From: Owenia fusiformis
Taxonomy: Eukaryota
DNA length: 64,000 nucleotides
Assembly (NCBI GenBank): GCA_903813345.2
Contig: CAIIXF020000001.1
Coordinates: forward strand, 40,114,001 to 40,178,000
Direction of reading: 5' to 3'
The position numbers and the translations under genes are program-made. Under the pieces are notes generated by a model. That model ran no database searches, was not told where the DNA came from, and saw nothing but the letters and a program-made list of their open reading frames with translations. Shown here in pieces: positions 1 to 12,478 of this stretch; the stretch's first letter is position 1; the number at the start of each line of letters is the position of its first letter.

Positions 1-189
1 ATAGGTCCGATAATTCCTTACAAACATCCAATCAGCAACTTTAATTCCTACCACATTGCTTTCCCGCGCTTACTCACATAGAATAGAGTAAAGCTTGACG
101 AACGTAAAAATAAACGCCGATATATCATTTTTCCAATTTTTTCAACTTTCAAGATCGAAGATGAAGATTTCATTTGAAATTATCAGTTC

Positions 190-273
190 AAATTTCCCGC
201 CGGTTAACCGACTTTAACCGGTAAAAACCCCCGGTTAACCGGTTAATGCTCAAGCGGTTAATTGACACCACTA
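190..273. mobile_element. One end of a hAT-like non-autonomous element; the other end is probably outside the window
   Basis: Cluster of GGTTAACCG/AACCGG subterminal repeats ending in ...ATTGACACCACTA (a TAGTG terminus on the opposite strand). Confidence 0.45.
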
Positions 274-858
274 ATATGTAGTAACAAAAGTATTACTCCT
301 CCCGGCCCAGTTTTCTGCAAGTTGAAATGATAAAATCTGCAAGTGAAAATAGTGAATTCTGAGAGCGAAGGTGGTTAATTTCAAGTGAATTTTGAAATCT
401 TATTCTGCAGTTTTAGATGAAAAATGAGATATGACAAAAATATTGTGAAAGCTATCTATACAGTCATTATACCTAATAAATAAAGCAACAGAAAGTAAAT
501 GAAATATATTTGGGACTTTTGGGGTAAGCCCTTACCTGAAACAGAGCTACTAAAATCATTAAATCTAAGGCAAAAGAAAATTTGAGCAAAATTTGTCAAT
601 ACTACAGGAAATTGATCAAATTCAAGATTCTGCAAAATCCTGGACTAAGACAAATTCTGTCTGCACTCTGCCAAAATTGAAACAGGGGGAAGTGAAATGA
701 CTTCAAATCAATGATTTTTGACATGTTTCCTAAACCCTGTGAGAAATGACCGAACTAGTTGCTCATTAACACTTTTATCAATTCTAATATTGTAAAATGT
801 TACAATAATGCAAATGGTATTAAATATCCGATATGTATGATCTCCTAAGTGAACTTAC

Positions 859-3800
859 ATCATAACTTTTCACCATGGATTCATACAGCTGTCTACCATC
901 TCTTGAGGACTGGATCATTCTGGCCACTTCTGGGTCTTCAAATATTGTGTGAATTGGCTCAACATCTGTCTGCAGCTGTTTTAATTGGGCAACTACAGAT
1001 GTACGCTTATCTTTTAAACCTACAGAAATACAAAGAGATGGCTATATTCAGTCAGTTCAACAAAATTGAATTCTACAATTTGGCCTAACCCAGCAGATAA
1101 ATGATTGATCTGAAAAAATGCCCAGAGTACTGAAGAAGTGATCTAATATACTACTGAAGAGGTCATAATTTCTCTACAACATGAATGTCTGTTTTTGCAC
1201 GCCCAACAGGGTCTTGATCAAATTTGGCACAAAATGTTGATGATGAACAATGATGTACATTGTACATCCCAATGAAAGCCATGTACACATAAAGTATCAT
1301 AATAAAAACATGAGCTTTGGGAAGTTAAAATCATAATTACCAATAATTTTGCCTCATGTTTTCATTCATTTATCCCGTTATACATCATTCTGATGAAACC
1401 ACCTGACGTGTATCTAAATAGTATACACATGATAACAAACAGATATCTTACTTTGAGGTACATCCTTATCTGGGTAAAGAGTTCTGTGGACATCCATGGC
1501 AAAATCTACCATGTTTGTGTGCTTCAGTAGCTCCAGTTTACCCTTCAGCATCTCATGATCATCGTACAACTGAAAAACAGGGCACAGATTATATATTTGA
1601 CATGAACTATATCACTGACATCTAGGCAGTGCCACCTATTACATAAAGGGTTGAAAATTCAAATCCAATGAAATCCAAACACGACACTGAAGGCAGTATT
1701 CTGAGGTTATAAAATCTAAATCTAAATAATTTCCCATTTGTAGCCCCTTGGAGATTTCTGGAATTGAACAAAGCCACTTTATGTGTAGTGTTTTCATTTA
1801 GGAGGCGGTCTTGTTTGAATGCATCATTTCAGGTCTTTATGAATCAATAGATCAATAAGCAGACTAAGAATTCAAATTTAGCAGTTTTGTTCGTGTCGTA
1901 CTAGGCCTGTTAGGCACGAAAAACAATTTAGCAGTTTCGTTCATTGAGTAATTGGGCCTTCTATAATCAGTAGCAAATGCTCGCAAAATATTTTCAAAAA
2001 TATTTACTACCGTTTTCCTTGAAGACATGGTTGGGTGACACGTCATTTAGTTACATGATCGATACAGTAACCAGTCACGTGATCAGACACATGTCACGTG
2101 ATCAGACATGTGACACATGATCAGTCAAGTGAGCTTGCAAAATGGACGATCTAAATTTCCCAAAATTCAGCTGAGATCAAGATCGATATGCTGTTGCCTT
2201 CAGTATCGTGTTTGGCGGAGTTCCACAATGTAACCTAGCAGGATGGATGACATAGAACAAACTGCTAAGTAGACACATGGTAACATTTCATTATTTCGTT
2301 ATTTTAACCATATGAACTGGTTCACAGAATAAAAAATGAGTGTAAAGTGGGGTGCAAAAATAAATTTCAACCCTCAAAAATTGTCACAATGAGCTAAATT
2401 CTAAATTTCGTGTCTCAAACTCTCCCAAGTGGTAGAAAAATAATTCCCATTGACTTTAAGTAGCACAATAAATGAATCCAAAGCTTCATACCTGCAAATG
2501 ATGGATAAATCCCTACCAAATCGAACGAATGTTTTCATGAATCGCCATGTTTGTGATCCAAGGAGGATTGACTCCCAGAATGCAACATCAGGTAACCTTA
2601 TTTACTTGTGACAGATTTCAAAATGGCGTAACGACATTCTGAAAGCGGACACCCGTCATGTTGCATTCTGGGAGCCAATCCACATTGCCGCGTAATCCTG
2701 CTCCAAAATCACCTCAACATTTGAAGAGTCGGCATTAACATGTGAATTCCACTTCAAATTTTTAAGTTCTTATTTGTCATTATGGACACGAATTCCACTA
2801 TATCTGGACTTACTAGGACAGAGATAATAGAGCACTGAATACACTGAGGTAAGAATTTATTACATGTGCGACAGCATGTAATTTCCATAGCTTTTGTAAT
2901 TCTTTATGGTGAGCACTGTAGGGCTGTTTTTTTACTCTTGAAAAATTAGGTGTGCTTCTATGGAATCCTAGTTCACAAGTTAAACCCAATACCACGGCTC
3001 TCATTTATAATCTGAATGTTCTTGTTGCCGTGGTTGGGTTTAACTTCCGTGCTATGCTTTCATTGGTTGCAAATTCTCACTATCAGTTATTAATAAAACG
3101 GCATGGAATTCTATGCGCTGCCATAGGCCATCATTAAAATTTTTTGCATCAAGGGCTGAAGAGGCACGGATGTTAAACCTAGGGCGGGCCACAAGAAATG
3201 TCAGATAAGAAATAAGGCCCAGACTAAAGTGCTGATATATAATAATATAGGGTGCGTTTTCAAACTAAAAAAAGTGTTCCTACCAAAATGAATTTGCCTA
3301 TACATACTCCTGAAACTCTTATCTGATAGATAGAATGCACAAATAAAACAAAAGTTTTGCAATTATAGGTAAAAAGTTCTCTTGAAATTTCAATGTGATT
3401 TTACCTGTTAATTCTGTCCATGGTCGGCCATTTTTGCGGAAGTTACACTGAAACGCAAACTCCATGAAACGAAACGAAATCACTAGAAAAAACATGGCAC
3501 ACATTGTGCGCATGTGCAGCAAAGTTTAGACCAATTAGATTATTTGATTATTTTGCGCACGTGAATTATTTGCTTCCGAGCACTTACAAGCTTACCACAA
3601 TAAACAAACCTGGCAGAGACTACCCTTAGCCTACTTCATTTTGGCGAAATTTCAGCTCAAACTCGTGAAAAATGCATTATGCATACGCTGGTGTGAAGCC
3701 TTGGAGACACTCATTTTGGTAAATATGATTTATGGGGTATACTTTTCTGCAGTTAGTGGGAGTTTGGGACATTAAATGTTAAAATTCAAGAAAATATGCC

Positions 3801-4329
3801 AATTAAACTGACTGATCAATTAATATATACCAGCACTGGAGGTTTAACTTGTTGAACTAATGGAATCCCTGCAAGACCAAAACGCAGAGATGGTCTTGGT
3901 ACGAGATAATCTGCTTTAGGAGCAAACCAGCATGGAGAACGATGAGGTGGGTCGAAGAATTTGACAAATTGTCAATGAGAAATTAGTGTGGACACCAAGG
4001 TAAGTAGTTCAGGAGTTACAGTGTTCAGTAGTTACAGTGTTCAGTAGTCACAAGTTTTCCATATAGATGGTGCTTCAAATTCTTCCTACATTGAGAGTTC
4101 GACTACGGAAATCAAAAATGAAAAAATTGGACGAATTTTTCAGAATATTTTGAGATAAGAAGAGGAATTTATTACTGAAAACAACATAGGGTATTGTTTA
4201 AATTTTTCAAAAACAAAGAATATATTCAAAGGTACCTACCCCCTTAACAGTTAAGAATTCCAATAAGGGAAACACGAGATGTCTGTCCAAAAACTGACCC
4301 ATACGGGTCGTCAAATCAAACTCCGCCAT
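859..4329 (-). CDS. EIF3E: Eukaryotic translation initiation factor 3 subunit E (INT6), first three coding exons; the gene continues off the left edge
   Basis: Exons 4329-4240 ([30 protein letters not shown]), 1569-1452 ([39 protein letters not shown]) and 1019-859 ([54 protein letters not shown]). GT-AG introns with consistent phases. Matches the remembered eIF3E N-terminus ([26 protein letters not shown]...[10 protein letters not shown]). Missed by the ORF track. Confidence 0.96.
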
Positions 4330-4899
4330 TTTACGCATGCACTTTTCGACAAGGACTGAAGTTTTGCCGGCAAAATAAGAAAACAATTTTCATCGAAAAA
4401 AAATATTTGAATAACATTTTTTTACTATTTTCCAATTGAAATTGTATTTGGGCAATTTGAATTTAAAACTGTCTTATCAGTTGCCTAAAAGAGCCTAAGA
4501 AATGAATAATTTTTATTTCGTTTAGTGCAGCTTCGTATTTCTAAACTGAAACCTCGGGAGATTAAAAATTATGATTTAGAATGACATCTATTCATAGACT
4601 GCTAGTATTTTTTGACTTCACTGGGCATTTTGGTCAGGGAATACAGAAACAACACCATCGGATTTTGGTACATCTTTTTTACTTGTGTATTTTCCTTCTG
4701 GACAATTATTTTATTTTTAACATTCATGTGCGACTTAGATCTAGGTTGTATAGGTTGTATTCATATTTCATAGCCCCATATATGTTGGGTTGATTTAGTT
4801 TAACGGCCCACAACTATTTGTGTATTGAAATCTTACGGTTGCGGAATAAACTGGATTAACGGTAAGCTCATTGCATTTGCTCTACGGCGGCCGTAGCTC

Positions 4900-4987
4900 T
4901 AGTCTTGTTCCAAGACTGTGGACTAGACCAACCCAACACAGTAACCCAGTAGTTAGAGGAGGTACACAAGGGCTTGTAGCAAGACCA
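4900..4987. mobile_element. Tiny TAG-terminated MITE (Academ-like)
   Basis: Imperfect TIRs TAGTCTTGTTCCAAG / CTTGTAGCAAGACCA. Flanked by CCGTAGCTC and CCGTAGTTT, a 9-bp TSD-like pair with 2 mismatches. Confidence 0.45.
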
Positions 4988-5098
4988 CCGTAGTTTCACA
5001 AAATCAATATAGCACATCGAACTGCGTATCCCTCTGCATATTTCTCTCGATTTTGGGAATCTACGGCCTACGGTTGCCGTAGATCAAACATGACTGGG

Positions 5099-5650
5099 GC
5101 ATGGCGTAGAATAATGGAAATAACGTCACAACGCATGCGCGTAAATCGACATTTCATGGTCCAAAGATTTCAATGGAGAGCAGTCTTCATCAAAATTTAA
5201 AATCTTAATAACTTTTTAGCAAATTATTTATTTTCTTAGGATTCAACGGATCCTTGTTAGTCCCAACGAAGTGTTCATTTTGATATATAAAACAGCAAAA
5301 TCCCATCCACAGATCTTTCGGCCTTTTAATGATTTAATTTTCGGGATATTTTGCTAAAATCCCCCATTGGCCGCCATTATAGACTTTGAAAAAACCCAAA
5401 TCCTCATCATTTCATATCATTCGTTAAGTGATCTAAACAACTCCAATCGCTTAGGATTCAACGGATTCTAAGAGATCAAAGCTAATACAATATGTTGACA
5501 ACCCCCGTTTCAATATTTGCCGCATAATCTTTCGGCCTTTTAGGTTATAAATTTGTCAATATTTTGATTTTCGACCATTAATGACGTGCTTGGATCCAAG
5601 ATTCATTGTCCCGGGATTCATGACGCTATTTCCATTATTCTACGCCATGC
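5099..5650. mobile_element. MITE with 24-bp TIRs
   Basis: GCATGGCGTAGAATAATGGAAATA ... TATTTCCATTATTCTACGCCATGC. Internal direct repeats (CTTAGGATTCAACGGAT x2, ATCTTTCGGCCTTTTA x2). No clear TSD. Confidence 0.75.
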
Positions 5651-7180
5651 ATTAAATAAAATTCAGCTTTGTGTCAACCACTGACAACGTAATTCAACCC
5701 CACGTTTATGGGTTACATTTTACCAGCTGGAACCCTCTAATATGTCATTTTAATGACATCAAATTGTGAACAAAAGATTCACAATACCACAAATAAAAGA
5801 ATGGTTATAATTAATTTCAAAGTCTTATTATTCTATAAGGCTCATATCATACCCTTTTAAGGTCACGTGACTGTCAATAGACTGACTATGGTCCAATAAA
5901 GGTGACGCTTGTGTTCTGTTTTTTTAAGGTACGCCTTTCAAGTAGCCTAGGCCGATAAATATAAAGTCTCAAACCTTACCTAGGTAAGAGTTGCTAGAGT
6001 TGAATGGCGTTGCAAAAGGGTAAATCCACTGTGAAGTCAAGTTTAAATTCAGAAAATGTTTGCACCAAAGTCTGTTGATGGTGCAAATAATGCAATTTAT
6101 TAATGAAAATGATAATTAATTTGGTTGAATCACACTACTCATTTTTTCATAAAGAAAACGTTATTGTTGTGTTTTTGTGTAAAAACTATGATAGAACTTA
6201 TATACTATTATTGATCCTATCAGAATATGAAATCGATCACAATTCAAATAAATGCAAACATAGCGCACAATTGAAAGCACTACCACGATTTGAAATGAAT
6301 CGTATAAAAAAGAACCTATTTGACTATCCCCAATGTTTATTGACATTTCATTTTTTGTTTGTGTACCTTCTTTTCATACAGGGTTACTCGGAACAAATTT
6401 AACATAAATCAATGTTTTACTGGTTTTTATCTCAGTCTAAACGATGGAGAATAAACGCGTACAATAAATGAACGATTTAGAAACTTTTTATACACCCGGT
6501 ATGAAGATTGATTCTCCCACCTTGCAACTATGGCCTCCTTTTCGTCTCCAAAATACAAATCACACGACGTAATGCTACCATATGTGATCATTCATGACTA
6601 ATACTTACGTGATTTTAATATTCAACTATATACGTACGTAACTTGGTGGGGCAAAACAGAGGTGAGTACCTGCACTACAGTGGTGATTTAATATATTGTT
6701 GTAAGAATCGTTTTTCATTAAATTTTCTATTTTTTAATTTTCAATTCTTGCGATTAAAATTATAGTTGGGACTTGAAAAAGTTTATCTAATACAGGACAG
6801 CCGCACAATATTAATATAAGACTTGCTTCCAACTCCAATGTTGAGAGAATGTTTTTTTAATCATTTCATTTAACCTAGAAGGTAACAGTGAATAAGTACC
6901 ATTATAACCCTCTAGGGTTCTACAAAATATACATTTCAAAAACGTGTAAACTTAATAAATATGTCAGATATAGTATGTTAGATGAATGTTGAGATAACTG
7001 ATTACAACACAGCGTTTTTAAATGTTCATAACCATTTTAAATGTTTTTAATAAACAATTCTAGAAGTTCATATTGCATATTATAATTGTATATAGTAAAT
7101 AAAAGAATAAGCTAACCTCAATATGACAAGATCGTATATTTGCAATAAGCATACGTTATAATTTTCAGATTGTTGATGCA

Positions 7181-10100
7181 ATGTCGACGGGATACAAACC
7201 TACTCAAAAGAGATACGGTGGGAAACCATCTGAAATGGGGTATAAACCCGCACAGACGGGGTACAATGTAAAACATTCAGATATGGGCTATAAACCAGAT
7301 AAGACGGGATACACTAAAAAGCAATCAGAGATTGGTTTATATAATGGTGTAAATCAATCAAAGATGGCGTACAAACCTGTTGAGACGTCATATAACAAAC
7401 CATATGAACGTAAATCAGATGGTAAAAATAATCCAAATAAACACAAGGAAGTCACACCGCCTGAAAATCAAAACAAAGAAAACGAAAATAAAATTGGAGA
7501 AGAGGACAAAAACAACGATCAACAAGTACAAAATCATGAAGTGAAAGACAATAAGAATGGTGAGAGTAAAACAAAAGATGATAAAAACAGTGGAGAAAAT
7601 GACATTAAGAACGATGACAGTAAATACAAAGATGATAAATATAGTGGTGAAAGCGATGATAAGAATGGTGAGAGTAAAATCAAAGATGACAAATATAGTG
7701 GTGAAAAGGACAAGAATTATGAAGGGGAAAACAAGGATGATAAATACAGTGGTCAAAATGACGATAAGAATGGAGCTAAATCAAAAGATGATACACGTAT
7801 TGATGAAAAAGACGATAAGAATATTAATAAGGGGAACATTACCAATGAGGACTCTCGAACATCACAAATTAATCCTGTTGCAATAGTTGCCGTTGGTCAG
7901 TCTAGAAATGATCATGAGAACGCCACTCCACAAAAACAAACTCTTAATGATGAACACCCTTCAGGAGTACATAGCTATTCCAAAAAAGATGCAAATAAAT
8001 CCAAGAAACAGTCTTCTAAAAAGGCACCTGTAACTGCAGTGGTAGCTGCTAATAAGATGAAACGTAGTAGTCCTGGGTTTTACAAAGGGCAAATTGGTTA
8101 CACACCAACTAATGGGAATTATTCCGGCTATACACCACAGGGATATACATCGACAACGTACAAACCAACCGAGCGCCTAAAATGTACGAAGAGACAAGTG
8201 GGATACCACCCAGATCAGATCAAGTATGAACCGAACGATGACTACTACACTCTCACCAGAAAAGTCATGGCGACCCACAGAGCCAGGAAAAACAGAGAAG
8301 ATGAATCCAGGAAACAGGAACAGCAAAACCAAGATAACAAAGAAGCTCAGGACAACTTGGATAACATCGCACGTCAGGAACAAAGTAAAGAACCTTTCTA
8401 TCCAACGGAAAATGAAGAAGAGAAAAAGAACTACGATGTTGCTCCTGTACACGTTGCTGCACTCGCAAAGAGAGGAACAAAGTCCTCTCCATATCCTACA
8501 CAAACGTATCTACCTGGTCAACTCGATGATTATAACGAGCAACAAAGGAAGTGGATGGCACTGCACCATCTCCATAAACAACAACATCAGCAGTATCCAC
8601 ATGATCCTCAGCCAATACAAGTTCCCGATCAACAACAAATAGTTCAACATGAGGAACATCCCAAAAATGAAGACCTTGCCAAACAAGAGGAGCAACAACA
8701 AAAACAGCCAGAGCAACCACAGGAACAACATCAAGAGATGCAAACACAGCTACAACAGCCTGCACCACAGGTAATATTACTGCAGCAGTCTCAACAGCCC
8801 ACCACAGACCAAGAATGGCAGCAACAGCAACTGAAACAGCAACAGCTCCAATGGGAGCAACAACAACAACGGGAGCGTGAACAGTTGGATAGACAAAGAG
8901 AGCAACAGGAGCAATGGCAGAAGGAGCAACAACAGCAGCTTAAACAACAACAGGAACAATGGCAACAGCAGCTGAAACAACAGCAAGACCAATGGCAGGA
9001 AATGCAACGACAACTTCAGCAGTCTGCAAAACAAAAAGCAGACGACGACGGTGCAAGACTAAATCCCTCTTTGGGTGCAGTTGCAGTAGTAGCTGCAAGG
9101 AATACTCAATCAGGCCCAAACGATAATAGAGATGCTCAGCAGCAACTGGAACAACAACAGCATCAGGAACGAGAACAGTGGCAAAAACAGCAGGCGCAGC
9201 AACAACAACTGCAACAACAGCAATGGGAACAGCAACAGAAACAATGGCAGCAACAGCAGGAACAGTGGCTACAACAACAAAAACAGCAACAGGAGCAATG
9301 GCAACAAATGCAACAGCAAAAGTTGGAGACTGTAAAACAGGCGGAACCAGATGACAACCAAGCAAGATCACACCCACCCATGGCAGCTGTCGCACTTTTG
9401 AAATCACGAGATGATCGACCAAAATCAAGTGACAACAGAAAAACAAAAAAATGGGAAGAGCAACAGCGATTAGAGAGAGAAAAGTGGGAGAAGCAACAAG
9501 AACAACAGCTGAGGCAACAATGGGAGGATCAACAAAAACAGTGGCAGCAACAACAGCAGGAACAATGGCAACAGCAACAACAACAGCAGAAGGAACAATG
9601 GGAACAAATGAAAAAGGAGATGGAACAACAGCATCAGATGCAACAACAACAGTTAGAAGCAGCAAAACAAAATGAACAAAACAACCGAGGAAGGTCGCCT
9701 CCTCCAGTGGCAGCACTTGCACTTTTAAACTCAAGAGATAATCGACCAAATACAAGAGACAGCAGAAGGGAGAGAGAACGGGAGAAGGAACAACAACGGG
9801 AGAGAGAACAGTGGCAAAAGCAACAAGAGCAACAACAGGAACAATGGCAGAAACAACAAGAACAATTTCAACAACAGCAAAAACAACAGGAAGAACAATT
9901 ACAACAAATGCAGAAACAATTGGAACAACAGCAACAATTACAACAACAACAAATGCAGCAAAAACAGACAGAGATAGAAAAAGAGGAGAATGACACCCAA
10001 GCACGATCCCATGCACCAGTTGCAGCTGCTGCAGTCATTGGAGTGGCCAAGAAGAATGAGAACAATGATGAACAAAAGTCTATAAAAAAAGTGGAAGATA

Positions 10101-11884
10101 AAAATACAAATGGCATTGATAAAGAAACAATAGCCACCTCTGACGAGACAGAATCATCAAATAACAAAGACAAACCTAATGAGGGTCATAAAGATACAAT
10201 ATCTAAAAATGACTCGAATGAAAAAGAATTGGACGTTAATGCTGTCGTGATTGGTGCCGGGGCAGCTGTGGCTATTGATGAAGGGAAAAGGGACAATGAA
10301 AAACATATCAACAAGGACACCTCCAATGAAGGTAACATGGTCAAGACATCTCCAAAAGAGGTGCTAAATCATAAAGCTAAAATAATATCTGATGGGTTAT
10401 CCATTGAATCACAAATAGAATCCTTTTTAGTTTCATAATCTAAAAACATAAAGGCAGCATTCAAAATCATAGCAACTACTAGATATAGTAATTAATTGTG
10501 CTTACAGAGTTTCCATAGTTGTAGTCACAACCCCAACACATAATGAGACTCCAGTGTCCAACGTGCTTTTAAATCTCTCCTCTTTATTAAATACAATTTT
10601 ATACTTCAGATAGGACAGAAACGAAGACTGAAAGAGAATCTCCACAAATCAAAACTGAAACCTCTAAATCGACAAATGAAACTTCTGAGAATGAAGATTC
10701 TAAAACAAAAGATGAAACTTCTATAACTAAAAGTGAGACTTCTGAAAACAAAGATGAAACATTGGAAAGTAAAGATGAAATGACAAAAAGCAAGGATGAA
10801 ACTGCTGAAACAACAAATGAAACAAAAGATGAAACTTCCGAAACCAAAGAAGAAACTGTCAAGAGTAAAGAGGAAACTTCACAAAGCAAGGATGAAACTT
10901 CTGAAACAACAAATGAAACGACTGAAACAAAAGATGAAACTTCCAATACCAAAGAAGAAACTGTCAAGAGTAAAGAGGAAACTCCACAAAGCAATGATGA
11001 AACTTCTGAAATGACAAATGAAACTACTAAAACAAACATTGAAATGTCAAATGACAAAGATGTTGCAATGATAAGTGCAGCTGACACTGCTGTGAACTTA
11101 GATTCAGTGGGGTCATCTAAAGAACAAAGGGTGGATGATATTGATGTGGATGTTGCAATAGACAATGATGAAAGTGCAAGGCTTCCAGGAACACCAGAGG
11201 CTGTCTCTAGAGTAACTCCTGAACCACCAGTTAATGTTAGTAGACTAAGTATCTAAAATCATGAATATTAACTGAATTAAAAAGAATTTTGATTCATCAA
11301 GCATAACATCTTTCATATTGTAAGTCAGATTATTGAGTGTTTTGGGATAGGGAGTTAAGATCATGTTACATGGAAGTAAAATACGTTCACATTGTTTGAA
11401 TCAATATTTGATGGGGCATAAACATTCTGATACTCATCACATCTTTCTGTCTTTCAAGCATTAAAAAAGTCACTGATAGAAGGCTGTGATATGTCACATG
11501 GGGCACTAATTATATCAAAAGTATTTGAAATCTCATGAACAATGACATATTGGTTAGACTTGGTAAAACATTGGCCCATTAGAGATGATCTTATGTTATG
11601 TTCACAATACTTGTGAGGATTCTTAGATGGAATGTTATATCTGAATATTCACTGACTGAATTAATTTTCATTTATTCAATTAGACAAATTAGACCATGCA
11701 AAGAGCAATGTCATTACAGAAATTGTATAATTGTACTGGACTTGTTTGTTTTCAGGAAACCCAAATAGAAGATGATACCAGTGAAAATGTTGAGATTCCA
11801 TCATTAAATCCATCAAGAGCTGAGCAGGCTGGCAAAACTTTGAACAGCATCATGAAGACGATGCAGAAATATAGATTTAAGTAG
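7181..11884 (+). CDS. Uncharacterised ~1,301-aa repetitive protein (GYxP repeats, D/K repeats, Gln/Trp coiled-coil blocks, E/T/K heptads)
   Basis: Coding exons 7181-10331 (acceptor ttttcag just upstream at 7169; donor G|gtaaca, phase 1), 10610-11235 (cttcag|AT; AAT|gttagt) and 11756-11884 (tttcag|GAA...AAG TAG). Phases join in frame, 3,906 nt in total. A likely 5'UTR exon donor lies at 6661 (AGAG|gtgagt). No signal peptide or recognised globular domain. Confidence 0.85.
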
Positions 11885-12224
11885 CATTCAAGAGACCATG
11901 TAATGTGTCCATATGAAGAGTGTATATAAGTTACCTGGTATCATTGCCCTTTAGGACAGAAATACAAATACCAATGTTACCTTGTACGTGGATTTGAATA
12001 CCTTACTAAAAGAAATATACTCACGGACTGTATCATAAATGTCTCCACTTATATTCTACTTAAGGAGCTTACCAAAGTTGCCTACAATTTATGATAAAAT
12101 ATATAATTACTTTTGGGGTTGTACTCCCATCAAATACCAAACTGAACAAAAACACAACAGTTTCATTTCTATTACTTATTAACAGTCAATTCTGTATTTG
12201 CATGCACATGTATGTACATAATAC

Positions 12225-12478
12225 AATAATTTCTTCCTAAAATTCACCGCACCACACATGGAAGAACTCAATTGTAATATGAAAAATAACAGAAGTGTAA
12301 CCCATCCACACCATCCCTGCTCTAATTCAAACGTTGTATGGTTCATAAAACAATAATTTCTTCCTAAAATTCACCGCACCACACATGGTAGAACTTAATT
12401 GTAATATGAAAAAAAATAACAGAAGTGTAACCCATCCACACCATCCCTGCTCTAATTCAAACATTGTATGGTTCATAA
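12225..12478. repeat. Tandem duplication of a ~127-bp unit (2 copies) downstream of the Gln-rich gene
   Basis: CAATAATTTCTTCCTAAAATTCACCGCACCACACATGG...TTGTATGGTTCATAAA occurs twice, nearly identical. Confidence 0.9.

Noticed and set aside
849..1088. Plus-strand 79-aa ORF
   Set aside because: Antisense shadow of eIF3E exon 3 (1019-859).
3860..4000. Plus-strand exon-like stretch ([19 protein letters not shown]) ending in AAG|gtaagt inside eIF3E intron 1
   Set aside because: In-frame stops and no recognisable product or partner exons. Possibly a TE relic or antisense non-coding exon, but unsupported.
10332..10438. C-terminal tail of the 1085-aa ORF
   Set aside because: Read-through into an intron: the donor at 10331/10332 joins in phase to exon 10610.
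7415..11165. Many overlapping alternate-frame and antisense ORFs (Val/Cys/Leu-rich, e.g. 8940-10016, 9163-9435, 10599-11165)
   Set aside because: These are shadows of the CAA/CAG and GAA/ACT repeat coding strand. Low-complexity repeats lack stops in other frames, and there is no independent splice or domain evidence.
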